A DNA stretch of 64,000 nt from IMG/VR virus record IMGVR_UViG_3300009159_000035. One strand, given 5' to 3'. Made by a program: the position numbers and the translations under genes. The stretch's first letter is position 1; every line of letters begins with the position of its first letter. Shown here piece after piece: positions 27,523 through 39,666 of this stretch. The DNA comes from a virus. Below the pieces are notes generated by a model that was not told where the DNA came from, did not search any database, and saw only the letters and a list, made by a program, of their open reading frames with translations.

Positions 27523-27533
27523 GTTATTTATAC
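27523..27533 (-). promoter_or_regulatory. Late promoter on the - strand
   Basis: GTATAAATAAC right after the nrdJ terminator and about 20 nt before the ATG at 27503. Confidence 0.75.
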
Positions 27534-27562
27534 AAAAAAAGGGAGACAACTGCCTCCCCTTT
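27534..27562 (-). terminator. Terminator after nrdJ
   Basis: On the - strand, GGGAGGC-agtt-GTCTCCC-TTTTTTT. Confidence 0.85.
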
Positions 27563-27584
27563 CATATTCAATAGTTAATATTGG

Positions 27585-30158
27585 TTAGCCGCACTTAGAA
27601 TCACCACAGTTCTTACAAGATAGGCAACCTTCTGTATAAACAAGTGCATCTGAACCACACGATTTACAGGCTTTACCGGAAACGGTTGTTCCATCCTTTA
27701 CGAATTTTTTAAGCATTCGTTTAACTCCGGCTTTCCAGGTAGTAATTAGGTCACCATCTAGGTTTAAAGAATCTAATAATTCAATAACATATGGTAATGG
27801 CATACCGTGTCGTAATACAGCAGAGATAGTTTTTGCCATATCATGATACTTTTCATCAAATGCATGATTTAAGTTAGGGATCTTAATTGTTTCTCCAAGT
27901 TTATCAATATAGACAACATCATATGAAGATTTTCCTTCTTTTTTAGTTCTAACAATTTTAACTGATTCAACATAAGTTGGAATTGGAAAATTTTCATGTT
28001 GTCCAGTAAATACTTCATATGGTTTTCCATTTAGTAGTCCAATAAGACCGACCCAACGCTCTCCACTATTCATAAAGGTAGTAACTGAACCGTCCAAGGA
28101 TAGTGGTCTTTTTGGAGCTTGCGAATCGCTAAATAATTCCTGTTTTTTCTTATCGTCTTTTGAAATTAATACGCCAGATCTAGAACCGTCTCGGTAAATG
28201 GTACAGCCTTTACAACCTTCTTCCCAAGCAGTCATATAAACTTGATTAACTAATTCTTCAGTAACGTGTTCTGGTAGATTTACAGTAACTGAAATTGAAT
28301 GGTCAACCCATTGTTGGATTTTTCCTTGCATTCTAACTTTTTCTACCCAATCAACGTCATTTGCCATTGCTTTATAGTATGGGGACTTTTCAGTTAGTAA
28401 CTGTATGGTGTCATCTGAGAGCTTCTCGATAATGTCTGATTCACCATTTGGAATGTATTTGTATCCTTCAATCTCAATCCATTTTTTAAAGCCGTGATGA
28501 AATACGTGATATTCTTCCCAATGATCCCCAACTGAATCAATAAAATCAGATTTGGAATTTTTATCATTTGGATTAATTTTCTTTCTGCGTTTATATGATA
28601 CCATAAAAGCAGGCTCAATACCTGAAGTAGTTTGAGACATTAATGAAACTGTGCCAGTTGGTGCAATTGTCAATAGTGCAATATTACGTCTACCGTATTT
28701 CATAAGATCTGCATATAGAGCAGCATCGTATTCTTTAATTCTTTCTAAGAATGGATGGCCTTCTTCTCGAGCTGCGTCCCATATCTTAAATGCTCCACGC
28801 TCTTTTGCTAGGGTATTAGATGAACGAAAAACTTCAAGTGCATAAGTTCTAGCAACTTCAACTGCAAAGTCAGTTGCTTTTTTAGTTCCATAACGTAAGC
28901 CTAATGCAGCTAACATATCGCCTTCAGCGGTAATACCTACACCAGTACGGCGACCTTCCATACATTTGGTTCGAATACGGTGCCATAGTTCAAGTTCAGT
29001 ACGCTTAACATCAGTAGATTCAGGATCACTTTCAATTTTAGAAATAATAGTATCAATTTTTTCAATTTCAAGATCAATAATATCATCCATCATACGTAAT
29101 GCAATTTGAGCGTGTTCTTTAAATAAGTCAAAATCAAATTTTGCATTTTTAGTAAATGGATTAACTACATATGAGTATAAGTTAATTGCTAATAATCTAC
29201 ATGAATCATCTGGGCATAATGGAATTTCTCCACATGGATTAGTTGAAACTGTTTTATATCCTAAATCCGCATAACGGTCAGCAAATGATTCTCTAATTAT
29301 TTGATCCCAATAAAGAATTCCAGGTTCTGCTGATTTCCAAGCATTATGAATAACTTTATTCCAAAGAAGTTTTGGATCAATTATTTTAGTTACTCTTGGC
29401 GTTTCAGAAAAAATTGGATATTGTTGAGTATATGATTTACCAGCCTTAACTGCTTTCATAAAATCATCGTGCATTTTAAGAGAGATATTTGCACCAGTAA
29501 CTTTAGTACTATCAAGTTTAGCATCAACAAATGCTTCTGCTTCTGGGTGTCTAACTGAACATGATAACATTAATGCTCCACGACGACCGCCTTGAGCAAC
29601 TTCGCGAGTTGAGTTTGAATATCTTTCCATAAATGGAATAATACCAGTAGAAGTTAGGGCTGAATTTTTAACAGGTAAACCCGCAGGTCGAATATCAGAT
29701 AAATCATGACCTACGCCTCCACGACGTTTCATTAATTGAACCTGCTCTTGATCTACTTTTAAGATTGCACCATATGAATCGGATGCTCCATTAACTCCAA
29801 TAACAAAACAGTTAGACAATGAAACTGTTTGATTATTATTTCCAATACCACTCATTGGTGAACCTTGCGGAATAATATATTTAAACTTATCTAATAATGA
29901 AAAGATATATTCTTCACTTAATGGATTTTTATATTTCTTTTCAACTCTAGCAAGTTCTGATGCAATTCGACGATGCATCATTTCTGGATTCTTTTCATAA
30001 AGATTGCCATCTGAATCTTTTAATGCGTATTTGTTAATCCATACACTGGCAGCCAAATCATCTCCATTAAAATATTCTAAAGATGATGCATTTGCTTCTT
30101 CTTGGGTATATGTCAAGGTAACCACTTTTTCTGTTTCTAATACTAAATTGTCTATCAT
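27585..30158 (-). CDS. nrdJ: Class II (adenosylcobalamin-dependent) ribonucleotide reductase
   Basis: SLSNC, RRGGVG, QGGRRGA, TNPCGEIPL, IAPTGT, TIYRDGSR, C-terminal CKSCG...CLSCKNCGDSKCG; no adjacent nrdB. Start likely ATG 30158. Confidence 0.92.
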   Translation of the reverse strand: MIDNLVLETEKVVTLTYTQEEANASSLEYFNGDDLAASVWINKYALKDSDGNLYEKNPEMMHRRIASELARVEKKYKNPLSEEYIFSLLDKFKYIIPQGSPMSGIGNNNQTVSLSNCFVIGVNGASDSYGAILKVDQEQVQLMKRRGGVGHDLSDIRPAGLPVKNSALTSTGIIPFMERYSNSTREVAQGGRRGALMLSCSVRHPEAEAFVDAKLDSTKVTGANISLKMHDDFMKAVKAGKSYTQQYPIFSETPRVTKIIDPKLLWNKVIHNAWKSAEPGILYWDQIIRESFADRYADLGYKTVSTNPCGEIPLCPDDSCRLLAINLYSYVVNPFTKNAKFDFDLFKEHAQIALRMMDDIIDLEIEKIDTIISKIESDPESTDVKRTELELWHRIRTKCMEGRRTGVGITAEGDMLAALGLRYGTKKATDFAVEVARTYALEVFRSSNTLAKERGAFKIWDAAREEGHPFLERIKEYDAALYADLMKYGRRNIALLTIAPTGTVSLMSQTTSGIEPAFMVSYKRRKKINPNDKNSKSDFIDSVGDHWEEYHVFHHGFKKWIEIEGYKYIPNGESDIIEKLSDDTIQLLTEKSPYYKAMANDVDWVEKVRMQGKIQQWVDHSISVTVNLPEHVTEELVNQVYMTAWEEGCKGCTIYRDGSRSGVLISKDDKKKQELFSDSQAPKRPLSLDGSVTTFMNSGERWVGLIGLLNGKPYEVFTGQHENFPIPTYVESVKIVRTKKEGKSSYDVVYIDKLGETIKIPNLNHAFDEKYHDMAKTISAVLRHGMPLPYVIELLDSLNLDGDLITTWKAGVKRMLKKFVKDGTTVSGKACKSCGSDALVYTEGCLSCKNCGDSKCG

Positions 30159-30189
30159 TTTTATTTTTATTTTTTGAGTTATTCTATTG

Positions 30190-30229
30190 AAAAAAGACAA
30201 CTCTACCCCAGCTGTTTACTGAGGTAGGG
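30190..30229 (-). terminator. Hairpin (weak terminator or operator) between the S1-like gene and nrdJ
   Basis: On the - strand, CTACCTCAG-taaacag-CTGGGGTAG followed by agttgtcttttt. Confidence 0.5.
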
Positions 30230-30233
30230 TTAA

Positions 30234-31421
30234 TTATTGGATAAAATCGTATCTTAATTGTTTACGAATTGCATCAACTTTATGAACTTTTATTTGACCA
30301 GAGTCTGAAATTTTAGTTCTGCCTTTTAGGTGATTTACATCGCTATTAAAAGTATTTTCTCCGTCTGGCATTATGATGGTAATTGAGAAATTAGACTTAT
30401 CTAAGGAATATGTTAAAGTTTGACCTTCAATTTTATTTTTAAGATCTTGCCATTGAAGTTGTTCTTGACCGATTTTATCATATGAATCTGTTAAGATTAT
30501 ACGAGGTTCGCCTTTCTTAAGAATAACGTCCTTAACATAAAATTCAATAGTATCTCCCGAACGGTATTGTTTACTAACCTCTTCATAATTTTCAAATTCA
30601 GTTTTATGAAGTAATCCTGTAAAGTAGTTTTGGAATTCAACAAACATTCCAAAGTCATATGGTTTATTAGTTAAAATACCTGTATATTTTTCTCCAATCT
30701 TAAGCTCATGTACTTTTTGAGGTAGTGTCTGTTTAATATATTTCTTGTAGGAAACAATGAATAGATCATTAGTTGAATCGTAATTCTCAATCATTACTGG
30801 AATTTCCTTATTCAAATATTCGTTAAAGTCTCTAATTACGTTAGCTGCCGCATGCGAACCTGGTAAAAAGCATTTAACGGTTCCTTTATAAAGTGCAAGG
30901 TATCCGCCTTTAACAAGATTAGTAACTTTAACATAGAACCATTTTTCTGTTTTTAAATAGTCTTCCAAATCTTCGCGATGAGTAAGAGCAGCACAGCGCT
31001 TTTCTGAACCTAAGAAATCTCCATTATCGTTTTTATAAACAATAACTTTAAAACTATGGTTAACTTCATTGTGAACTAATAATGAAGGCTCTGAACTAAA
31101 TTCTCTAAATGGAACAAAGATTGTAGATAAAGATGCATTATCTTGAACTTCAATCATTTTCTCATCAAAGTCAATTTTCTTAGCAGTAACTGTACAAATT
31201 GTACCAAGTTCAAAATCTTTATTTGATGGTACAAAAGAAGTTTTTGAATTTGATGAAAAGTACATATCGTACAATTCTTGAGCATAGGGCTCTTTACAGA
31301 AAATTTTAAGACCAGAACGTTGATCTTCTGGAGTTAATTTAATTGTTTGATTAAATTTAGAATTACCTTGACCGAATAGTAAGTCAAAGTCAATTAATTC
31401 TCGGGTGTTGTCTTTTTGCAT
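30234..31421 (-). CDS. Ribosomal protein S1-like multi-S1-domain RNA-binding protein
   Basis: Consecutive OB/S1 repeats: GTICTVTAKKI..., KVTNLVKGGYLALYKGTVKCFLPGSH, IGEKYTGILTNKPYDFGMFVEFQNYFTGLLHKTE. Confidence 0.85.
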   Translation of the reverse strand: MQKDNTRELIDFDLLFGQGNSKFNQTIKLTPEDQRSGLKIFCKEPYAQELYDMYFSSNSKTSFVPSNKDFELGTICTVTAKKIDFDEKMIEVQDNASLSTIFVPFREFSSEPSLLVHNEVNHSFKVIVYKNDNGDFLGSEKRCAALTHREDLEDYLKTEKWFYVKVTNLVKGGYLALYKGTVKCFLPGSHAAANVIRDFNEYLNKEIPVMIENYDSTNDLFIVSYKKYIKQTLPQKVHELKIGEKYTGILTNKPYDFGMFVEFQNYFTGLLHKTEFENYEEVSKQYRSGDTIEFYVKDVILKKGEPRIILTDSYDKIGQEQLQWQDLKNKIEGQTLTYSLDKSNFSITIIMPDGENTFNSDVNHLKGRTKISDSGQIKVHKVDAIRKQLRYDFIQ

Positions 31422-31448
31422 ATGTTATTGTTTAAACGTTGCTATTTA

Positions 31449-31475
31449 ATTATACACCAAAATTAACAGTAGTTT
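31449..31475 (-). promoter_or_regulatory. Bipartite early/middle promoter
   Basis: AAACT-N15-GTATAAT upstream of the S1-like gene. Confidence 0.75.
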
Positions 31476-34400
31476 TATGAAGTATGCATTCCTGGGTCAA
31501 TAATAATAGTAGGCGGTACGGTTGGATAAAAGCCTGGCATTTTTGTTTTAAATAGTAATGTACCAGTTGAATTTATACTTCCTCTCCATGCAAGTTCATC
31601 TAAAAATATTATAAATAATGGATTTTTATAAGTTAATCTTTCCCATGGTGGAATATCATCTTGGTTAAAAAATGGGCTTGATGCAATTCTAGCAACTTGA
31701 ACTCCTGGTATACCACCAAATGCACAAGCAAGTAGTGAAACCAAATATGCTACTTCTTTAACTACTGGCTCAGCAAAAGTAATAACTGGAATATAGGCGG
31801 CCTTTAATAAATTAATTGCCTCTAAATTTGCTAATTTAAGCTTAGATGAATTTGGAATTTCTAGCTGAATTAGCATCAAAGCTAGTTTAATTGGAAGAAT
31901 ATATGGATTAGCTGAATCAACTACTGTAAAACTTAAATCTTTTAAACTTTTAGTTAGTGATAAAATTGGGCCAACTATTGTTTTTAATGGTTCTAAAATT
32001 CCATCAATTGCAGTATTTAGTAGCCCTTTAATTAATTCAACTAGATCAGTTGCGGTAAGTAGTGCAAAATAACTAACAATATCAAGTGGTAATAATGGAA
32101 TTTTTGGAAGTTTTATATTAAAGCCATTAGGCAATTTTATTGAAACATAGTTTGAAGATTTAGTGGTAGACACGGTTGCAAATTCAGAATTTCCACATGG
32201 AATTTGTTTAAGAATTTGTTTTAGTGAATCTTCATTCGGTCCTTGATTAGCAGTTAACATATCGCCAGCGTCAGATAACATTCTAAGTATTAATTCAAGT
32301 AAATATGCAATTGCTAATTTAAGTAATGGTTTAATTACAATATCTAATGGTATTACTATTTGAATTGGAAATGGTACGCCAGTTGGATTTGGAGATTGTG
32401 GAACACTTAATGCTGATAATATTGGTAATATTACGGCTTGTGAGATTGAAACAATATCGGCTTTTGCAGGTAAAATAATTGGTGGGAGTAATCCAAGTAG
32501 TGAATTAAATAAAGTGGTCAACACTGAAATTCCAATTTCCTCAAGAGCCTCTCCTAATAAACTTTTTAATACATCAATTGTTAGCCCTGATAAAAGAGCA
32601 TCAAGCAATGCATTAAAAACGCCAATTGCTGCAAGGATTTGTGGTGAAACTACTTCTGGTGGAGGTTGAGCCGCCGCACAGCATGGAGCAGCTGGATCAA
32701 ATAGTTTTAAATTAGGAGCAGCAACCGATAGTGTAGTAAAGGTTAAGGCTTGTTTAAGACGTTCTTTTCTTAATTTTGCAGCTTCTTTAATTTTACCTTT
32801 CTCAGCCTCACTTAAGTTTGGATCAATATCTTCCTCAGCTGGATTCGCATTTCCTTGTAAATAATCTAAAGCTTTATTTGCATATTCTTTAATTGCGTCT
32901 TTAAATTCGCTAACGTCTTCATCTTTATTTAAGTTAAATGTTTTTTTACTAAGTAATTTAGCTGGATTAACTTGAGCAGCCATTCTTTTTATTTTTGCAA
33001 TAAGGTCAGTAGATTCAAGATCAAAATCTATTAGCCCCTTTGCGGCTTTTTCAATTGTTGGTTGCAATCCGCTAATTGCTGATGGTAATTTTGGATTAAG
33101 CTTGGTTGGACTATCTGGAAATGAAATTGTGCCTAAGTTTATTTTATCAATATATTCATTAAAATCGTCTAATACACCTGATATTTTAGAAGATAGAGTA
33201 ATTGGGTCTAATGATCGTGCGGCTTTTTTGGTCTCTCGTTTCTTTTTTAAGTTGGATTCACCCTCAGCGCCCTTTACTTGAGAGTCACGGTCCTTTCTGG
33301 TTTTATCTTTTAATTTAGCAACGGCAGTTAATTGAATTTCTCCTAATTTATTAAATTGGATATTCATACTTCTTTTAAAATCTGCAATTTGTTTATTAAA
33401 ATCATTTGATAAATCTAAATCTAGAAAGTTCATCATTTTTTCCAAATCGCCAGCATACGAGGCAATATATGTAATAGGGTCAACTTCGCCAATTGGTGTT
33501 CCATCCCTTGTTGTAATATTAGGATTTTTACCAAGTGCTAAAGTTGCAGCAAGTGCGGTAAGTCTAATTGCCTTTGATGCATTGCCGGAAATAGCTAAAG
33601 GACTGACTAGTGAACCTTTAATTAATTGCCCCTTAAATGGATTAGCTGGGTCAAGGCCTAGCGGATTTTCAGATGCTTCAGTTTGATCAATTTCAAATCC
33701 ATATTTTATAGAAGTAGGCGTCATGTATACCAATGGAATATTTGGAGCAAGCAGCATATACTTATTACCATCAGGCGCAAAATATAACATATAAATGCTA
33801 GGTAATGGTATTCCAAATATTGCAATTGGCATGGTTAGAAAAGTAACAAGTGTTCCAACTGGTGTAGACAGAGTAAATAGGGTTCTCCATTTTTGAGGTG
33901 TTGGTATTAATGCAATACCTAATGGACCAGCTGGTATAATAATATTAACCGGGTAATATCTAAATAGTGGAGCAGTTAAGTCAGGAATTGGTAAAAGGCT
34001 TACTTTATTTAATGATTTTGTAAATTCTCTCCAATAGCAATTATTTGTCATATCCGGTAAACTTGCGTCATTTCCGCCTAGCGTTCTAATGAATAGTGGA
34101 TCGCTGCCGAGTTTTTTCATTACTTCCGCTTCGCAATCTTTAGTTGGAATAACCGTTGCTGCTGGCCCCTTAAAACAGGCAACATTAGAAATTTTTTGGG
34201 CTAGAACATCTGGGTCCATTGAATTTTCCTTTATCTTTACCTCTAACAATTCAATTTCAGTATTACACTCAGCTATTTTTGCAAGTAGTTCAGAATAAGC
34301 TTTAGTATAATATGCTAATTTTTCAGGTAAAACTAAATCAACTGGGTTATACTCAAATGATCCAGTTGAATAAATATTTGAAGTTTGCGCCTTATATGAA

Positions 34401-35842
34401 GTTGGCCTAGCTAATTTAAGTTGTGCATTAGCAAGTCCTCTAAAAAAATCCGCAACTTCCCTTTTTGCAATAACGGCTAATTCATCAACTGCTGGTTTTA
34501 TTTGATTTGGAAAAACGGTTTCCAATTCGGCCTTCTTTTTTATTTCAAGGGTTGAGTTTAGTTTTTCATAAAATTTTTCGTAAGCCGCTTGGCTTTTAAT
34601 ATAAAATTGGGTATCGCCTTCGGTTATTGAAACTGGTGCATTTTCAATTCCTTTAAACTTTGGATCAATTTTATTTGGATCAACCGAAAGGCCTCTTTCT
34701 TCTAGTGTATATAAATATTGAATTGGATTTGCAAATTTACGATATAATCCAGGATAACCATTTGATACTTGATTGTATAGTGCTCCAGGAACATAGTCAT
34801 AATTTGATAAAGGGTTAGAATTTACAGAATCAGCTGGGATACTTAAACAAAAGGTGGCAATAGTATTAGCAAATGGAGTATTGGTTAAATAGGTATTTTC
34901 TTTAATTGGAATATATTTAGTTATTGAGTCAGAGGTACCGTCTTGGTTTATTTGAGGTACAGTTATTGTGGTTATATTTAAGTCAATTGATCTAACTCCA
35001 AATGTTGCACTTCTAGCTGGAATCACAATTCCTGAGACTACGTCAGCTGTGTCATTAAAGTTAGGAATTAATTGTCCACTTATTTTATTACATAAAGAGC
35101 TTAGAGTTAAAGAAGTTGTTGGTGCAGTGCCAAGTGAAGGCAATGAGCTAATTTGGTTGGATAGTGCATTGGTTGCGCCTTGTTTAGCAACACTTTGATT
35201 TTCTTCTGCAAGGATTCTATTTTTCCGAGCTTCATAATAATTTTGATATACTCCGCCGTTTATTAGAATACCATAGGCAACGTCTGAAACAAGATATGTT
35301 GATATATTTTGTGAATTGTATGTCGTAAATGTTTTAAAGATTGCGTCACTTAAATCGTGAATTGTGGTAAGTGCATAATAGTAAATCTCGTAAGTGGTAT
35401 TGGTATTAATATAATTACTCCAAATTCCATTTTCAATAGCTAGAGTTCGGTCATATTCATCAGTCCAATATAAGTATTCAGAAGTTAATGGTTCAAGTGT
35501 AGTTATGGTAGAATTAAAAAAGTCAAGCCGTTCTTTATAATATTTGGAAATAATATTATAATGGTCACGGGTTTCTTCTACTTTACCTTTAACTACGGCA
35601 ATTTCAATTGTAGTTGACTGCTTTGCCATTTGATTAATTAGGATAGCCTTTACCTCTTCAACTCCTTGGTTAATACAGTTGCCAGCCTCTTCCGGCATTG
35701 GAATTTTAAAATCCTTTGAAATTGGGGCAACCGGTTCAGGCAAACAGGCTTTTATATTAGCTAAATCTGCCTCAGTAAAAACTGGTGATGCAAGTTTGCC
35801 GCACTTAATATCATTAATTAGGTTTTTAAATGTGATGTTCAA
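31475..35842 (-). CDS. Large hypothetical protein (1455 aa) with coiled coils and a hydrophobic Pro-rich C-half
   Basis: Long ORF with a TTG start; several hydrophobic segments; no recognisable catalytic motif. Confidence 0.8.
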   Translation of the reverse strand: MNITFKNLINDIKCGKLASPVFTEADLANIKACLPEPVAPISKDFKIPMPEEAGNCINQGVEEVKAILINQMAKQSTTIEIAVVKGKVEETRDHYNIISKYYKERLDFFNSTITTLEPLTSEYLYWTDEYDRTLAIENGIWSNYINTNTTYEIYYYALTTIHDLSDAIFKTFTTYNSQNISTYLVSDVAYGILINGGVYQNYYEARKNRILAEENQSVAKQGATNALSNQISSLPSLGTAPTTSLTLSSLCNKISGQLIPNFNDTADVVSGIVIPARSATFGVRSIDLNITTITVPQINQDGTSDSITKYIPIKENTYLTNTPFANTIATFCLSIPADSVNSNPLSNYDYVPGALYNQVSNGYPGLYRKFANPIQYLYTLEERGLSVDPNKIDPKFKGIENAPVSITEGDTQFYIKSQAAYEKFYEKLNSTLEIKKKAELETVFPNQIKPAVDELAVIAKREVADFFRGLANAQLKLARPTSYKAQTSNIYSTGSFEYNPVDLVLPEKLAYYTKAYSELLAKIAECNTEIELLEVKIKENSMDPDVLAQKISNVACFKGPAATVIPTKDCEAEVMKKLGSDPLFIRTLGGNDASLPDMTNNCYWREFTKSLNKVSLLPIPDLTAPLFRYYPVNIIIPAGPLGIALIPTPQKWRTLFTLSTPVGTLVTFLTMPIAIFGIPLPSIYMLYFAPDGNKYMLLAPNIPLVYMTPTSIKYGFEIDQTEASENPLGLDPANPFKGQLIKGSLVSPLAISGNASKAIRLTALAATLALGKNPNITTRDGTPIGEVDPITYIASYAGDLEKMMNFLDLDLSNDFNKQIADFKRSMNIQFNKLGEIQLTAVAKLKDKTRKDRDSQVKGAEGESNLKKKRETKKAARSLDPITLSSKISGVLDDFNEYIDKINLGTISFPDSPTKLNPKLPSAISGLQPTIEKAAKGLIDFDLESTDLIAKIKRMAAQVNPAKLLSKKTFNLNKDEDVSEFKDAIKEYANKALDYLQGNANPAEEDIDPNLSEAEKGKIKEAAKLRKERLKQALTFTTLSVAAPNLKLFDPAAPCCAAAQPPPEVVSPQILAAIGVFNALLDALLSGLTIDVLKSLLGEALEEIGISVLTTLFNSLLGLLPPIILPAKADIVSISQAVILPILSALSVPQSPNPTGVPFPIQIVIPLDIVIKPLLKLAIAYLLELILRMLSDAGDMLTANQGPNEDSLKQILKQIPCGNSEFATVSTTKSSNYVSIKLPNGFNIKLPKIPLLPLDIVSYFALLTATDLVELIKGLLNTAIDGILEPLKTIVGPILSLTKSLKDLSFTVVDSANPYILPIKLALMLIQLEIPNSSKLKLANLEAINLLKAAYIPVITFAEPVVKEVAYLVSLLACAFGGIPGVQVARIASSPFFNQDDIPPWERLTYKNPLFIIFLDELAWRGSINSTGTLLFKTKMPGFYPTVPPTIIIDPGMHTS

Positions 35843-35882
35843 TGAATTAGGTTCTTTATTTTATCTATCATTCTCTTTAAAT

Positions 35883-35922
35883 AGACCAGCGCTTGCGAGG
35901 GTTACTCAACAAGCGCCGGTCT
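35883..35922 (-). terminator. Long GC-rich hairpin downstream of groEL
   Basis: On the - strand, AGACCGGCGCTTG...CAAGCGCTGGTCT (13 bp, one G-U) followed by only ATTT. Confidence 0.6.
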
Positions 35923-35942
35923 GTAATTGTAATTTAAAATTA

Positions 35943-37523
<1,581 letters not shown>

Positions 37524-37539
37524 TTATCATTTGGTTATT

Positions 37540-38283
37540 TTACTTTATTATTATATCAGATTTTTCAATTTGGTTTAGGTTAGAAAGCTTTAATGCCACT
37601 TGAATTAGCGTAATTACGTCTTTTTGGCAATATTCTTTAATTCCATCAACATTTCCGGCCCAATAATTTTCATGTACCTGGTCGCCTTTCATTGCATCCT
37701 TAGGGGAATCTATTCCAAGAACCGTTGCTAAAAGATCTAATGAGGTAAACCCTTCTTGCCATGCGCCAAATGACCAAAGTTCTGAAGTATCAATAATTGA
37801 AGTTTCCCAAGGTTTTTTATCCCATACTTGAAGTGGTGTTGCGGGCTCAATATTAAGAATAAATGCTCTTTTACATAAGAACGGAACATCAAACCTTTTT
37901 ACATTGTGACCGGCTATTTTTATACCAGTTTTAGAAAGAGCTGACATTAGTTTAAATGATTGGCGTAAAATTTCAGCTTCATCATCTCCAGCATAGGAAA
38001 CAATTTGAGCAGTTGGCACTCCATCTACAAATTTCATTTTGCCAAATGAGACACAAACTACTCTGCCAAATTCAGCATGCAGAGCTGATTTCATTTGATA
38101 AAGCTCTTCATCTGACTTGTCTTTATTATCTGGGTATTTAGCCCCTAGCTGATTTTTAAGGATTTCTGCTTTAGCTGACCATAATTCTTGCATTTTAGGT
38201 GAAAGAGAATCAGCATGATTTGTAGTACCAGCTGTTTCTATATCAAAAAACAGCATTTTTTCTAATTGGTGTGGATCGAACAT
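37540..38283 (-). CDS. Stand-alone PolB-like 3'-5' exonuclease (DEDD)
   Basis: [45 protein letters not shown]. Confidence 0.88.
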   Translation of the reverse strand: MFDPHQLEKMLFFDIETAGTTNHADSLSPKMQELWSAKAEILKNQLGAKYPDNKDKSDEELYQMKSALHAEFGRVVCVSFGKMKFVDGVPTAQIVSYAGDDEAEILRQSFKLMSALSKTGIKIAGHNVKRFDVPFLCKRAFILNIEPATPLQVWDKKPWETSIIDTSELWSFGAWQEGFTSLDLLATVLGIDSPKDAMKGDQVHENYWAGNVDGIKEYCQKDVITLIQVALKLSNLNQIEKSDIIIK

Positions 38284-38446
38284 GACTTTAGTATTATAAG
38301 TTAGGATAATTATACTAATAAAGATAAAAAATAGCCATTAATTAGGATCTAATTGCTAAAGTTTACTTAATTCTTTATATTAATAAAATAAGTAGACTAA
38401 GTATTTGCTAACTAAGTTTCTGACGCTATACCCTCCCAACACCCTT

Positions 38447-38473
38447 ATTCTACAGTACATTTTACAAAGGTTT
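38447..38473 (-). promoter_or_regulatory. Bipartite early/middle promoter (leftward)
   Basis: AAACC-N15-GTAGAAT. Confidence 0.7.
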
Positions 38474-38479
38474 TAAACA

Positions 38480-38506
38480 AAACTAAAAAATATTTGGTAG
38501 TAGAAT
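38480..38506 (+). promoter_or_regulatory. Bipartite early/middle promoter (rightward, for the RuvC-like gene and gp55)
   Basis: AAACT-N15-GTAGAAT, back-to-back with the leftward copy. Confidence 0.72.
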
Positions 38507-38529
38507 ATTCAAAATCATTAAAATGAACC

Positions 38530-39195
38530 TTGGTAGTAATAGGTATCGACTTTTCAATACAGTTTCCAGCTGTATGCATCTGCAAAGACTTTAAAAGTTT
38601 TCATTGGATTGCGTGCGTTAATACCAATACAACTAAAGCCCATCGAAAATTACTTGAAGATACTCAACTTCAATTTCCTGGTCTGGAATTCATATTTTTA
38701 CCCCCAAAGAACTTTAAGTACGATACTTACTCTGGTGTAGAACGTGCTAAACTAGCAAACTATTCACTACTAGTTGATACCCTAATAAACCGAGTAAAAG
38801 AAATAATTAAACCTGAACCAGACAGAATCATTTCAATTGAAGGTATTGCATATGGGGCTCAAGGTAATGCCCTATTAGATATAGCCCAGTCAACTGGTAT
38901 GCTTAGAAAAAAGGTGCTAGATGACTTATTAAATAATAAACAAGAAAGCCTTTTCATATTTTCACCTGGCGAACTTAAAAATGCAATTGGTGCAAAGGGT
39001 AATGCTGGTAAAATTGATGTTTACAAGCAGTTTATGGAAACCCCACTTCTTGCAAAAGACAGTAGTTTACATAAAGTTTTAATTGAATATAATGCTCAAA
39101 TTATTAAAAAAGATGTAGTAGGTTCGCCATTTATGGACATGATTGATTCGTATTTAGCCGTCCTTAAGATCTACACATCGCTAAAAGAATCCTAA
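38530..39195 (+). CDS. RuvC-like Holliday junction resolvase
   Basis: VIGIDFS, ISIEGIAYG, FSPGELKNAIGAKGNAGK, DMIDSY; TTG start. Confidence 0.8.
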   Translation: MVVIGIDFSIQFPAVCICKDFKSFHWIACVNTNTTKAHRKLLEDTQLQFPGLEFIFLPPKNFKYDTYSGVERAKLANYSLLVDTLINRVKEIIKPEPDRIISIEGIAYGAQGNALLDIAQSTGMLRKKVLDDLLNNKQESLFIFSPGELKNAIGAKGNAGKIDVYKQFMETPLLAKDSSLHKVLIEYNAQIIKKDVVGSPFMDMIDSYLAVLKIYTSLKES

Positions 39196-39199
39196 TCAA

Positions 39200-39619
39200 A
39201 TGGCAAAGGCTAAAGAAAGTAAGTACTACATTAACAACCGAGATTTCACTAATGAAATTATCCGGTGCAAGCATGGAATGCTTAATGAAGTAACCGGTTA
39301 TCAGCACACAGCTGGAGAATTATCCCCTATTGCAATTAACTATTTTATAATTCTGGCAAATAGAGCAATCCTAAAATTAAGGTTTAGTAATCCACTAGAC
39401 AAAGAAGATTGTATTCAATCCGCTCTATTGGATCTACTTAGATATTGGAGAAACTTTAACGAAGAAAAATCAAACAATGCATTTGCCTATTTTACGCAGA
39501 TTGCAAAGAACGGATACGCAAAAGAATACAAAAAGATTTACAAACACATAGGTAAAGGCGAAAAAGTTGAATTTGTATCATTAAGCCATTCTGGCGAAAG
39601 TGAAATTTATACAATATAA
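39200..39619 (+). CDS. gp55: Late-transcription sigma factor (T4 gp55-like)
   Basis: YYINNRDF...KEDCIQSA...NFNEEKSNNAFAYFTQIA. Confidence 0.88.
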   Translation: MAKAKESKYYINNRDFTNEIIRCKHGMLNEVTGYQHTAGELSPIAINYFIILANRAILKLRFSNPLDKEDCIQSALLDLLRYWRNFNEEKSNNAFAYFTQIAKNGYAKEYKKIYKHIGKGEKVEFVSLSHSGESEIYTI

Positions 39620-39666
39620 CGCAATATGTTACCAGCAATTTATAAATCCACTAGTACTAACCTCCT

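Noticed and set aside
30160-30233. Cobalamin riboswitch upstream of nrdJ
   Set aside because: Only about 75 nt with a single hairpin; no B12 box.
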